From Candidatus Krumholzibacteriia bacterium (GTDB taxonomy: Bacteria > Krumholzibacteriota > Krumholzibacteriia > LZORAL124-64-63): 64,000 nt of DNA. Below are positions 29,261-38,211 of this stretch, piece by piece. Both the position numbers and the translations under genes were made by a program. The notes under the pieces were generated by a model. It was not told where the DNA came from. It worked only from the letters and a program-made list of their open reading frames with translations, and made no database searches. The DNA is taken from the NCBI GenBank assembly GCA_050174015.1, contig JBFXKG010000002.1:96001-160000 (forward strand), written 5' to 3'. Position 1 is the stretch's first letter; each line of letters starts with the position of its first letter.

Positions 29261-30930
29261 CCCCGATGGGGAGTTCCCGATTTTTGGGGGTACGCTTCCC
29301 CGGTTTGGAGCCGCGGATCATCCACCGCCCCGCCCACGGTGAAGTGGTACAGGCTCTGCCACCCGGTCCCCTTCAATCCCAGCCCGCCGTGCACCTCGTC
29401 GTCGAAGAAGCAGCCGATCCCGGTGCCGCGCAGCCCGGCGGCCTCGGCCTCGAGGTAGAGCATCTGGCCGATCATCCCCGTCTCCCGGAACAGCCGCGGG
29501 TAGAAGCCCGGGCCGAACTCGGCCAGCGCCGCGTCGAACCGGGCCAGCATCCCCAGGCTGAAGGCGCCGTCGGCGGCGATGTCCTGCCGGCAGCTGAGCA
29601 TCCGGGCGGCATCCCGCAGATCGCCGGTTGCGAGCCGGAACAGGGGCAGGTCCGGGGAGATGCCATCCGGCCTCGTCCAGGCGAAATCCTGCCGCATGAG
29701 ATTCCGCAGTCCGGCCTCGTGGTCCGGAGCGCGCGCCAGCAGGTACAGGCCGGGATCCAGGCCGTCCACGCGGTGGACGAACAGCACGAGGGAGACCTGC
29801 GCGGGCCAGGGCACGGCCGTGAACGGCAGGCGGCCGGGAAGCAAGCGGTCCAGCAGGCGGACGAAGTCATCCAGCGGCATGCCGGTTTCGCCGTCCATGG
29901 CCACGGCGCTGCGGCGCTGCCGGATCAGATTCCTGGCCGAATGGCCCCTTTCTGGCCCGTTTTCGGCAGTCCCGGCCCCCCGGGGGGCCGGCCAGGCGTG
30001 CCCCGGCCAAGTGCCGTTCAGACCGGTGCAGCCCGGCCAGGTGCTGGCGGCCGTGACCTCGTCGATGATGGGCCACGGGTGATGCTCCGGGCTCAGGACG
30101 TTCGGCTCGCCGGCCCAGGCGATCTGCGGCGGTGGATCCAGCGCCGGTTCGCCATGATCCCCGCCGTCCGGAAAAACCGCCAGCAGGCAGTCGGGATGCT
30201 CGGCCTCGGGCTCCGTCTGTAGGTCTGTACCCAGCACCCGGCCGATGGTTGCCGTGTCAACCATCTCCAGCAACCGCACCCGCCAACCCAGGCAGGCCGC
30301 GGCCAGGGCCACGGCCCCGGCGGCGTGTCCCGCGTCGTGCTGGCAGTAGCGGAACGCCCGTTCGCCGTACTTCCAGGCCTCGCGCCAGGGGATGGAGGTC
30401 AGGCCGACCAGGAAGGCGCCATCCGGCCAACCGGACGTCCACCGTGTCCAGTCCGCGGGGGCGATGATTCCCCGCTGCTCCAGCGCGAATTCCTTCACCG
30501 CGAAGTGCAGCACCCCGGCCTCGCCGGTCAGCCCGGCGACCGGTCCGGTCACGAGGTAGCCCTCGGTGGGATGCAGGTTGCCGCTGCTGGGATTGACCCG
30601 CAGGGCCCAGCGCGAGAGCACCTCGCCCTCCGGCCCGGTGACCTGTTTCCAGGCGGAGATGGCCAGGCTGTCGTACAGCAGCCGGGCGATGGAGGGGGCG
30701 TCCACGGGCGCGGGGGACGGCAGGCCGCGGAAGAGGCCATCCCAGGTGGGGCCCCCATGACCGGACGGGACGACCAGGGGCAACCGCGGGGCGCCCGCGA
30801 ACCGCCGGAACGGGTCGGGCTGGTTGGCCCAGTCCAGGTAACCCAAGGATCGAGCGGCGCGCCTGAAGTGGTGCTTGGTGGCCTCGTGGTATCGCTTGAC
30901 GGTGTCCAGGTCATCCCGGCGGTCGGTCAT
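29257..30930 (-). CDS. SagB/ThcOx-type tandem nitroreductase-family protein
   Basis: YHEATKH, LDWANQPDPFR, RVNPSSGNLHPTE and WKYGERAFRYC. Second domain IRQRRSA...TGIGCFFDD. Confidence 0.85.
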   Translation of the reverse strand: MTDRRDDLDTVKRYHEATKHHFRRAARSLGYLDWANQPDPFRRFAGAPRLPLVVPSGHGGPTWDGLFRGLPSPAPVDAPSIARLLYDSLAISAWKQVTGPEGEVLSRWALRVNPSSGNLHPTEGYLVTGPVAGLTGEAGVLHFAVKEFALEQRGIIAPADWTRWTSGWPDGAFLVGLTSIPWREAWKYGERAFRYCQHDAGHAAGAVALAAACLGWRVRLLEMVDTATIGRVLGTDLQTEPEAEHPDCLLAVFPDGGDHGEPALDPPPQIAWAGEPNVLSPEHHPWPIIDEVTAASTWPGCTGLNGTWPGHAWPAPRGAGTAENGPERGHSARNLIRQRRSAVAMDGETGMPLDDFVRLLDRLLPGRLPFTAVPWPAQVSLVLFVHRVDGLDPGLYLLARAPDHEAGLRNLMRQDFAWTRPDGISPDLPLFRLATGDLRDAARMLSCRQDIAADGAFSLGMLARFDAALAEFGPGFYPRLFRETGMIGQMLYLEAEAAGLRGTGIGCFFDDEVHGGLGLKGTGWQSLYHFTVGGAVDDPRLQTGEAYPQKSGTPHRG

Positions 30931-31113
30931 CCTGCCTCCTGCTTGTCGATTTCAGGACATGATAACACCGCTTTGCAGAAACGCTTCCGGGGCCGGCGGC
31001 GCAATTCGTACCGTTTACGTATGAATTAACTCGTTATCTTGCAACGGTATAGCGTTGACCGGGGCCTTCGGCCGGTTTAGGTTAGCCGGGTCCGAAAAAG
31101 GAGGAGATGACCC

Positions 31114-32688
31114 ATGAATTATCCGGTCTGGGAACTTCCCATGGGCGGCGGCGTCCTGATCGCCGTCGTCAGCATCCTGCACGTGTTCGTCTCCCATTTC
31201 GCGGTCGGCGGCGGCCTGTGGCTGGTCGTCACCGAGATGCGCGCCAACCGCAACCGCGACCTGGACCTCAGGGCCTTCGTCAAGCGCCACAGCCGTTTCT
31301 TCATGATGCTGACCCTGGTGTTCGGCGCCATCTCGGGGGTGGGCATCTGGACGACCATCGGCCTGGTCTCGCCCCACGGCACCTCGGCCCTGATCCACGG
31401 TTACGTCTGGGGCTGGGCCATGGAGTGGGTGTTCTTCTTCATCGAGATCGCTGCGGCCATCGTCTACTACTACGGCTGGGAGAAGCTCAACACGAACGTC
31501 CACGAAGCGATCGGCTGGATCTACTTCGGCGCGGCCTTCATTTCCCTGGTGATCATCAACGGCATCGTCACCTTCATGCTCACCCCGGGCGGATGGCTCG
31601 AGAACCATGACTTCTGGACTGGCTTCTTCAACCCGACCTACTGGCCATCGGCGGTGATCCGCACCTTCGCGGGCACCGCCATCGCCGGGATGTTCACGCT
31701 GCTGACGACCGCCAACCTTGCACGGGGAGATTTCCGGCGCCGGGTCACCCGCTGGAACGCCGGCTGGGCGTTCTTCTCCATGCCGGGCGTGATCGGCGGA
31801 GCGTTCTGGTACAGGTCGGCCATCGGCCTGTGGGATGCCAACCAGGCCCTGCTGGGCGCCATCCCCGTGCTGCCTGTGGTGGCCGGATACTTCAAGATCG
31901 GCCTGATCATCACGACCGCCCTGGCAGTCATCCCGCTGCTGGTGCCGCGGGTCTGGAACAGGGGTCTGGTCGCCGTCCTGCTGATCGTGGGGCTGATGAC
32001 CATGGGCGCCGGCGAATGGCTGCGAGAGGCGGGCCGCAAGCCCTTCGTCATCAACGGCTACATGTACAGTACGGGTATGCTGGTCTCCGACACCGCCAGG
32101 GTGGAGGATGCCGGCATGGCCGCCAGCGCCCGCTGGATCTCGCCCGAGGCCGCCGCCAGCGAGGTGCGCCTCGGCCACGATCTCTACCTCGCCTACTGCC
32201 AGGTCTGCCACACCATGGCCGGCTACAACGGCCTGCGCCCCTTCCTGGCCCAGTGGGACGAGAGAACCGTCGCCAGCCTGGTCCCGCGCACCGAGCACAT
32301 GCGGGCGCTGATGCCGCCCTGGTACGGCACGGAGGAAGAGAACGCCGCGCTGACCGCCTACCTCATGACCCAGAAACCGGCCGAACCAGGCCCCTGGCCC
32401 GCCGACCAGGCGGCAGCCGAGCAGCTGGCCTGGGACATCTCCTGCGGCCTCTGCCACACCGTCGACGGGTTCCGCCCCCTGGTTGATTCCTTCGCGGGAC
32501 AGAATCCCGAGGAGATCGACGGGTTCCTCGACGAGTCCGGCGACATCGTCGAGGAGATGCCGCCCTACTTCGGGACGGCCGAGCAACGCGCCGCCCTGGT
32601 CAGGTTCCTGCACAAGATGAACCCGCCCGATGGTGCGGGGGCCCAGGCCGCCGCGCGGCCCGGTGGCGACGAAGGGAGGGACTCATGA
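31114..32688 (+). CDS. Cytochrome bd subunit I-like membrane protein fused to two c-type heme domains
   Basis: AGGAGGA RBS. ILHVFVSHFAVGGG, GAISGVGIW, WAMEWVFF and EWLREAGRKPFVI. C-terminal CQVCH and CGLCH. Confidence 0.85.
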   Translation: MNYPVWELPMGGGVLIAVVSILHVFVSHFAVGGGLWLVVTEMRANRNRDLDLRAFVKRHSRFFMMLTLVFGAISGVGIWTTIGLVSPHGTSALIHGYVWGWAMEWVFFFIEIAAAIVYYYGWEKLNTNVHEAIGWIYFGAAFISLVIINGIVTFMLTPGGWLENHDFWTGFFNPTYWPSAVIRTFAGTAIAGMFTLLTTANLARGDFRRRVTRWNAGWAFFSMPGVIGGAFWYRSAIGLWDANQALLGAIPVLPVVAGYFKIGLIITTALAVIPLLVPRVWNRGLVAVLLIVGLMTMGAGEWLREAGRKPFVINGYMYSTGMLVSDTARVEDAGMAASARWISPEAAASEVRLGHDLYLAYCQVCHTMAGYNGLRPFLAQWDERTVASLVPRTEHMRALMPPWYGTEEENAALTAYLMTQKPAEPGPWPADQAAAEQLAWDISCGLCHTVDGFRPLVDSFAGQNPEEIDGFLDESGDIVEEMPPYFGTAEQRAALVRFLHKMNPPDGAGAQAAARPGGDEGRDS

Positions 32689-33788
32689 TGCCCGCCGTGA
32701 TCGTGCCCGCGCCCGACGCCCTGCCGCTGCCGGCGCCCGTGTTCCTGCTGCAGATCCTGCTGCAGCTGACCTTCCTGCTGCACCTGGTGGCCATGAACGC
32801 CATGGTGGGCGGTCTGATCCTGACCTTCTACGCCCGGCTGAAGGGCGGGGGTCCGTCCGCCCCGTGGACGAAGCTCGCCGACGCCCTGAGCAAGGTCACC
32901 CCGTCCCTGGTCGCCGCCACCGTGACCCTGGGGGTGGCCCCGCTGCTCTTCCTGCAGACCATCTACGGCCAGTTCTTCTTCACGAGCTCGATCCTCATGG
33001 GCTGGGGCTGGTTCTCGGTCGTCGTGGTGCTGATCTTCGCCTACTACGGGACCTACCTGCAGTCGTTCAAGGGCCGGGCCCTGGGCGGGTCGCGCACGCC
33101 CCTGCTCGGAGTGACGCTGGTGCTGTTCCTGTGGATCGGATTCATGTTCAGCAACAACACCTCCCTGATGCTCAACGTGAGGGAGTGGGCGGCGATGTAC
33201 TTCGCCAGCCCCAAGGGGCTGCACCTGAACCTGGGCGACGTCCAGCTGGCGCCCCGTTACCTGCACATGGTCCTCGGATCGGTGGCGGTGGCCGGCCTGA
33301 TGCTCGCCTGGTGGGGACGAGCCCGGGTGCGCGCCGCCGACCAGAGCGGCGAGTTCATGGTCAGCGTGGGCATGAAAGCCTTCACCTGGCTGACCCTGGT
33401 GAACATCCTGATGGGCCTGTGGTATTACGTGGCCCAGCCCGCCCACGTGCGGAAGCTCTTCATGGGCGGGGACATCGCCGCCACCGCCCTGTTCGGGGTG
33501 GGATTCGTCCTGGGCATCGTGATGGCCGTCGCGGGGTTCAGGGGTCGCAGGCGGGGCTCGCGGATCGAACTGTGGCCGCTCACGATGCTGACCCTGATCC
33601 AGCTGGTGACCATGATCATGATGCGTGACACCGTGCGCAACGGCACCCTGGGGGCGGACTTCAGACCGGCCACCTTCGAGGTCCAGCCCCAGGTCCTGAA
33701 CCTGGTGATCTTCGCGGTGATGCTGGTGGCCGGTCTCGTGCTGCTGTTCTGGATGCTTCGGCAGTTCTTCGTGGCCTGGAACCGGTAG
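32685..33788 (+). CDS. Second CydA-like polytopic membrane subunit
   Basis: Overlaps the previous stop. LHLVAMNAMVGG, TLGVAPLLFLQ, RYLHMVLG and MIMMRDTVR, with about 9 TM helices. Confidence 0.75.
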   Translation: MMPAVIVPAPDALPLPAPVFLLQILLQLTFLLHLVAMNAMVGGLILTFYARLKGGGPSAPWTKLADALSKVTPSLVAATVTLGVAPLLFLQTIYGQFFFTSSILMGWGWFSVVVVLIFAYYGTYLQSFKGRALGGSRTPLLGVTLVLFLWIGFMFSNNTSLMLNVREWAAMYFASPKGLHLNLGDVQLAPRYLHMVLGSVAVAGLMLAWWGRARVRAADQSGEFMVSVGMKAFTWLTLVNILMGLWYYVAQPAHVRKLFMGGDIAATALFGVGFVLGIVMAVAGFRGRRRGSRIELWPLTMLTLIQLVTMIMMRDTVRNGTLGADFRPATFEVQPQVLNLVIFAVMLVAGLVLLFWMLRQFFVAWNR

Positions 33789-33940
33789 GCTTCACCGGCG
33801 GGGTTCCCGGCCCATCACGGGCCGTCCTGTGTTATCCTGGAAGGGCCTGGCTCACCTCGGTGACCAGGCCTTTCCCGTGATCATGGTCCGTGGGTTGGTG
33901 ACCCGATCCGGGTTGGCCAGGAGGAAGAGAGATCATCGGT

Positions 33941-34999
33941 ATGGCTCCTCAGCACGTTTCCACCGCAGAGGCGGGAGGCCGGGTCCTCCTGCTGGCTACA
34001 CTCGGCGCCATCTTCCTTTCATGTGCGGCGGCTGCATGGGGACAGCCGGATTCCCTGCGGATCATGCCCCTCGGAGATTCGATCACCGAGGGACGAGGCG
34101 GCGTGTCGGAGATCCAGTTGGGCTTCGCAAGCTATCGGTACTGGCTCTGGCACGAACTCGTGGACCGGGGTCATCCCGTGGACTTCGTCGGCAGCCAGTA
34201 CGGCGTCTGGAACGGGCCGCCCCCCTACACCGACTACGACATGGATCACGAGGGGCACTGGGGCTGGCGGGCGGACCAGATCCTTGCCGAGATCACCGGC
34301 TGGGTCGAGTCAGCCCGGCCCGACATCGTTCTGATCCACCTGGGGCACAACGACCTGTGGCAGGGAGAGAGCATCGCCAGCACCATCGTGGACCTGGGGG
34401 GAATCATCGACGGGATCCGGGGGGTGAACCCGAGGGCGATCCTTCTTCTGGCCCGGGTGATTCCGCCCGCCCTCGGAGCACCGGACAGTCTGCCCGAACT
34501 CAACGATCAGATCGACATCCTGGGTGTGCAGATGAACACCCCTGAATCGCCGGTCATCGTCGTCGATCACGAGACGGGCTTCGATCCCTGGATCCATACC
34601 TACGACAGCGTTCATCCCAACGAGCTGGGCGAGCAGTTCATGGCCCAGCGGTGGCTGGCGCCGCTCGATTCGATCCTCACCCACCTGGCCGATGTCGCGC
34701 CCGTCCCGGCGTCGACCCGTGCCGGCCTGGGGCTTGCCAACTTCCCGAACCCCTTCAATCCGGCCACCGTGATCACCTTCTCGCTGCCGCACCGGACCCG
34801 GGTCCGGCTCTGCGTCTACGACGTTGCCGGACGCAGGATCCGGACCCTGCTGGATGGTCAGGTATTGGAGGCGGGATCCGAGCAGCTCGTATGGCAGGGG
34901 CGGGACGACGCCGGAAAGGTGGTCGGTGCTGGGGTCTTTTTCATCCGCCTGGAGATCGACGATGCCGGCGAGACACGGCGGTTGACCTTGATCAAGTAG
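33941..34999 (+). CDS. Secreted SGNH/GDSL hydrolase with FlgD-Ig C-terminal domain
   Basis: IMPLGDSIT, HEGHWG, HLGHND and DSVHPN, then FPNPFNP...VWQGRDDAG. Confidence 0.88.
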   Translation: MAPQHVSTAEAGGRVLLLATLGAIFLSCAAAAWGQPDSLRIMPLGDSITEGRGGVSEIQLGFASYRYWLWHELVDRGHPVDFVGSQYGVWNGPPPYTDYDMDHEGHWGWRADQILAEITGWVESARPDIVLIHLGHNDLWQGESIASTIVDLGGIIDGIRGVNPRAILLLARVIPPALGAPDSLPELNDQIDILGVQMNTPESPVIVVDHETGFDPWIHTYDSVHPNELGEQFMAQRWLAPLDSILTHLADVAPVPASTRAGLGLANFPNPFNPATVITFSLPHRTRVRLCVYDVAGRRIRTLLDGQVLEAGSEQLVWQGRDDAGKVVGAGVFFIRLEIDDAGETRRLTLIK

Positions 35000-35067
35000 C
35001 CCGCGCCCGCTTCATGTGCAGGATGTTCCCATCCTGCAGCACACTTCCATGGGGACCTGGAGCAACG

Positions 35068-38000
35068 TCATCGCACCAGAGCCATTTTTCCCACCTTCAC
35101 ATTGCCGGCGCTGCGCACCTCGTAGAAATAGACCCCCGAGGCGGCTTCCGCGCCCCGCTGATCCTTCCCGTCCCAGAACACCGAACCGGCCCCGGCGGGC
35201 CGGACCTCGTCCAGCACCGTGGCCACCAGGTCCCCGCGCAGTCCGAAGACCTTCACGCTCACCGGGCCGGTCGCCGGCAGATTGAACCGGACCTCGCACC
35301 GGGGATTGAAGGGGTTGGGATGCTGGGAGGCGTTGAACACACCTGCTTCCGGAACATCGGTGGGGAAGTAGACCTGGGCATCGAGCCCGAGGTACCCGAG
35401 GACGTCATTCAGGATCCGGGCCCGAGCCGGCCTGGGGGCCAGGGACTTGGCTTCGTCCGGATCGTTGTAGATGGACATGAAATCGTAGGGCATGGAGACG
35501 ACCTTGCTGCCCAGGTAGGTGTTTGCGGTCATGGCGCTGTAGATGTAGGCGCCGGGATTCCCGGCCGGATCGCAGAACTCCGCCAGCCTGGCGGCGGAGG
35601 CGGCGGGGACCACGGCGTCGAAGGTGTTGATTCCCGGGCAGCCGCCGTAGGCGATCCAGGAATCGGCGTTGAAGATCACGCCGGCGCCGGTCACCGGGAC
35701 GACCCGGGGCGAGGTCTGGGATCCGATCAGGGGCCTCAGATCGTTGCTCTGGAGGGAAGCGAGGCCCAGGCGGTCCTGGGCGAAGGCCAAGGTGGCCGAT
35801 CCGGACTGGACCAGATCCGAGGCCAATTTGTCCCCGGTGCAGAACATTCCCTTGCCGCCCAGGTCGAGCCACTGGGTCAGCACGCCCACGTCGTCACCGG
35901 GGTCATTCTGGAAATCGCCGTTGCTGATGGTTGTGAGCCCCAGATCGCCACAGGTGTACAGCAGGATCTGGTACCCGGCGAGGGTGGACCAGGTAGCCCG
36001 GCCTCCCAGACCGTTGCCCAATCCGGAACTGGGGCCGTTGGTGTAGTAGACGTCATAGTCGAACCCGAACCCCGGGGCGTATTCCAGGCCCAGCTGGTCG
36101 AAGGCTCCGTACCATTCCTCTTCGCCGCCGCGATTGCCGAAGTCGTTCCAGAACAGGACCGGGGGCCAGACGAGGTCGCCGGTGAAGTCCATCCTCAGGG
36201 TCGGCAGCGCCCTCACCGTGAACGAGGAATGGTAGGACAGGGGATGCGAGAAATCGCTGAAACCCGTGGTGTCCGCGGGCAGGATGGCCGTGCGGTCGCC
36301 CGTTCCGCCTCCGTCGTCCTGGGCCCGGATGAAGTAGTGCAGGACGTCTCCGGGGAAGAGGAACCCCGTGTCGGGCAGGTCGAAGGCGAAGCGCTCCTCC
36401 ATGACATAGCCGCCGGGGGATACGGCGTTCCAGCCCGGCACGCTGCCGCTGGTGGCCGAGCCGAAGGGGCTGGTGCGATAGGGGTCGAACAGGGGGTTGG
36501 GCCGCAGGCGCCATTCGAGAGTGGGCATGCCCGCCAGGTTCGATCCCCCCAGGAGAGGCATGATGTCCACGACGATGGAATCGCCGGGGTCGTTCCGCAG
36601 ATGCTCGGCCAGGGAGATGTTCCGGGCCATGTCGAACCGGACGCTGTGGGAGCCGAGGTCGCCGGTGTCGATGGACCCGCGGGCGGGGAACCCGTCGTTG
36701 GCGAGGTCGATCTCGCGGGTGTACATGGCAGGCCCGTCGAGGGGATAGACCTTGATCGAGACGTTGTCGAAATAGGGAGCAGGGTAGCCGTCGTCCCCGG
36801 CCCAGCCCCAGACGTAGCCGAGCTCGAGGATCTCCAGCTTCGCCTGGACGAACGTTCTGCCGGGAACCATCAGATCCGGAATGGGCCAGGTGGGCCGGTA
36901 ATAATCGGGGCCGCCGTAGTAGACGAAGGCGCGGTCCTGCCAGTAGGCATCCTCGATGGCGGCGGGATCGCCGCTGTCGGTGGAACGCATGGCCCACAGG
37001 TAGAACATCCCCGGGGCGTCGGCCGTCAGATCCTCGTGACGGTAGACGTCGAAGGCGAAGGTGACGCCGTCGAACGAGGGATCGGGCCAGGGCATCACGG
37101 GTGAGAGGATGGAGTTGTGGATGTGGTATTCGGGCCCTGCCAGACCTCCGGTGGTCGTGACGATGTGCCCCCCTGGACCGTAGCACCAGTTGATGCAGTC
37201 GCTGCCGCCGGTCCCGGGCACCACGTTGCCGTCGTCGATGAAGGCGACCTGGGTCGTGGGATTCTGCTTGCAGGGATCCAGGTCCTGCAGGCCCGTCCAG
37301 AGGAAGGCGAAATCACCGACGCCCTGGGGCACATGGCTCTCCCAGTGGCCGAAGGTGCCGTCCTGGAAATCGTCCAGGGTGGTGATCGTCGCCTCGCCGT
37401 TGGTCACGGTCACCGTGAGATCGTCGATCTGGCAGGCCCCGGCGGTCGGGAAGTTGCAATCGGAATCCGACCAGCCGCCGTCGCTGGTGAACCGGAAGAA
37501 GATCTCGATGTCGGTCCCGTCCCGGTACTCGCCGGGCAGGAACGTCATGGTCTCGTCGATGGCGAGCAGGGTGTTGCCGCCGCCGTCCCAGATCCGCTTG
37601 TCGATGAAGGTGTTGCCCTCGAGGCGATAGCAGAGATGGACGTAGTCGTACCCCGGCTCGGTGTCCAGCACCATGGCGCACGTGACGCGGACGGTGGAGG
37701 AGAGGTCGGGGCGAGGCGCGGCGGCGCGCCAGCGCAGCAGCTCATCCCAGTTGTTGCCGTATCCCCAGGCCGAATCGGCGGGAGAACAGGCCGGACTGTC
37801 CTCCCCGCACCACGCGGCCAGGTTCCCGGGACCCTGCCCGAACGCGGGCCAGTTCCGGTCGCTGACGTTCCAGTGGGACGTGGTGGGCTGGGTGTTGTCG
37901 ATGCTGGTCCAGCCGGCCCACCCGCTCTCGAAATCGCCGATGAACGCGGCGTCCGAACCCGTGGGGCCCATGAGCTGGATGGTGTCGCCCGCGGCCTTGG

Positions 38001-38133
38001 GGCCGCCGACGGATCCACCGAAGATGACGGAGCCTGAATCGATCGCGCGCTGCGGCGGCTCGAACTGGGCACTTGCGGCGGAGGCGCATGCCACCGCCAG
38101 GATCGCCAGGAGGCGGAGAGAGCGAGACGTCAT
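35068..38133 (-). CDS. Large secreted acidic protein with FlgD-Ig C-terminal domain, function unknown
   Basis: Start MTSRSL after AAGGGG. Signal peptide, Cys pairs and DTEPGYDY jelly-roll-like segment. Ends HPNPFNP...WDGKD..G...SGVYFY...KMALVR. Confidence 0.8.
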   Translation of the reverse strand: MTSRSLRLLAILAVACASAASAQFEPPQRAIDSGSVIFGGSVGGPKAAGDTIQLMGPTGSDAAFIGDFESGWAGWTSIDNTQPTTSHWNVSDRNWPAFGQGPGNLAAWCGEDSPACSPADSAWGYGNNWDELLRWRAAAPRPDLSSTVRVTCAMVLDTEPGYDYVHLCYRLEGNTFIDKRIWDGGGNTLLAIDETMTFLPGEYRDGTDIEIFFRFTSDGGWSDSDCNFPTAGACQIDDLTVTVTNGEATITTLDDFQDGTFGHWESHVPQGVGDFAFLWTGLQDLDPCKQNPTTQVAFIDDGNVVPGTGGSDCINWCYGPGGHIVTTTGGLAGPEYHIHNSILSPVMPWPDPSFDGVTFAFDVYRHEDLTADAPGMFYLWAMRSTDSGDPAAIEDAYWQDRAFVYYGGPDYYRPTWPIPDLMVPGRTFVQAKLEILELGYVWGWAGDDGYPAPYFDNVSIKVYPLDGPAMYTREIDLANDGFPARGSIDTGDLGSHSVRFDMARNISLAEHLRNDPGDSIVVDIMPLLGGSNLAGMPTLEWRLRPNPLFDPYRTSPFGSATSGSVPGWNAVSPGGYVMEERFAFDLPDTGFLFPGDVLHYFIRAQDDGGGTGDRTAILPADTTGFSDFSHPLSYHSSFTVRALPTLRMDFTGDLVWPPVLFWNDFGNRGGEEEWYGAFDQLGLEYAPGFGFDYDVYYTNGPSSGLGNGLGGRATWSTLAGYQILLYTCGDLGLTTISNGDFQNDPGDDVGVLTQWLDLGGKGMFCTGDKLASDLVQSGSATLAFAQDRLGLASLQSNDLRPLIGSQTSPRVVPVTGAGVIFNADSWIAYGGCPGINTFDAVVPAASAARLAEFCDPAGNPGAYIYSAMTANTYLGSKVVSMPYDFMSIYNDPDEAKSLAPRPARARILNDVLGYLGLDAQVYFPTDVPEAGVFNASQHPNPFNPRCEVRFNLPATGPVSVKVFGLRGDLVATVLDEVRPAGAGSVFWDGKDQRGAEAASGVYFYEVRSAGNVKVGKMALVR

Positions 38134-38211
38134 GGTTTCCCCCTTGCAGCCGTTATCGAATCGACAGGGCGTCATCATAACATAAGGACGGGGGCCCCGG
38201 GAGAAAAGACC

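Noticed and set aside
29257..30930. SagB-like dehydrogenase as evidence of a RiPP cluster
   Set aside because: No YcaO, precursor peptide or E1-like gene is nearby. Stand-alone tandem nitroreductases of this type are common.
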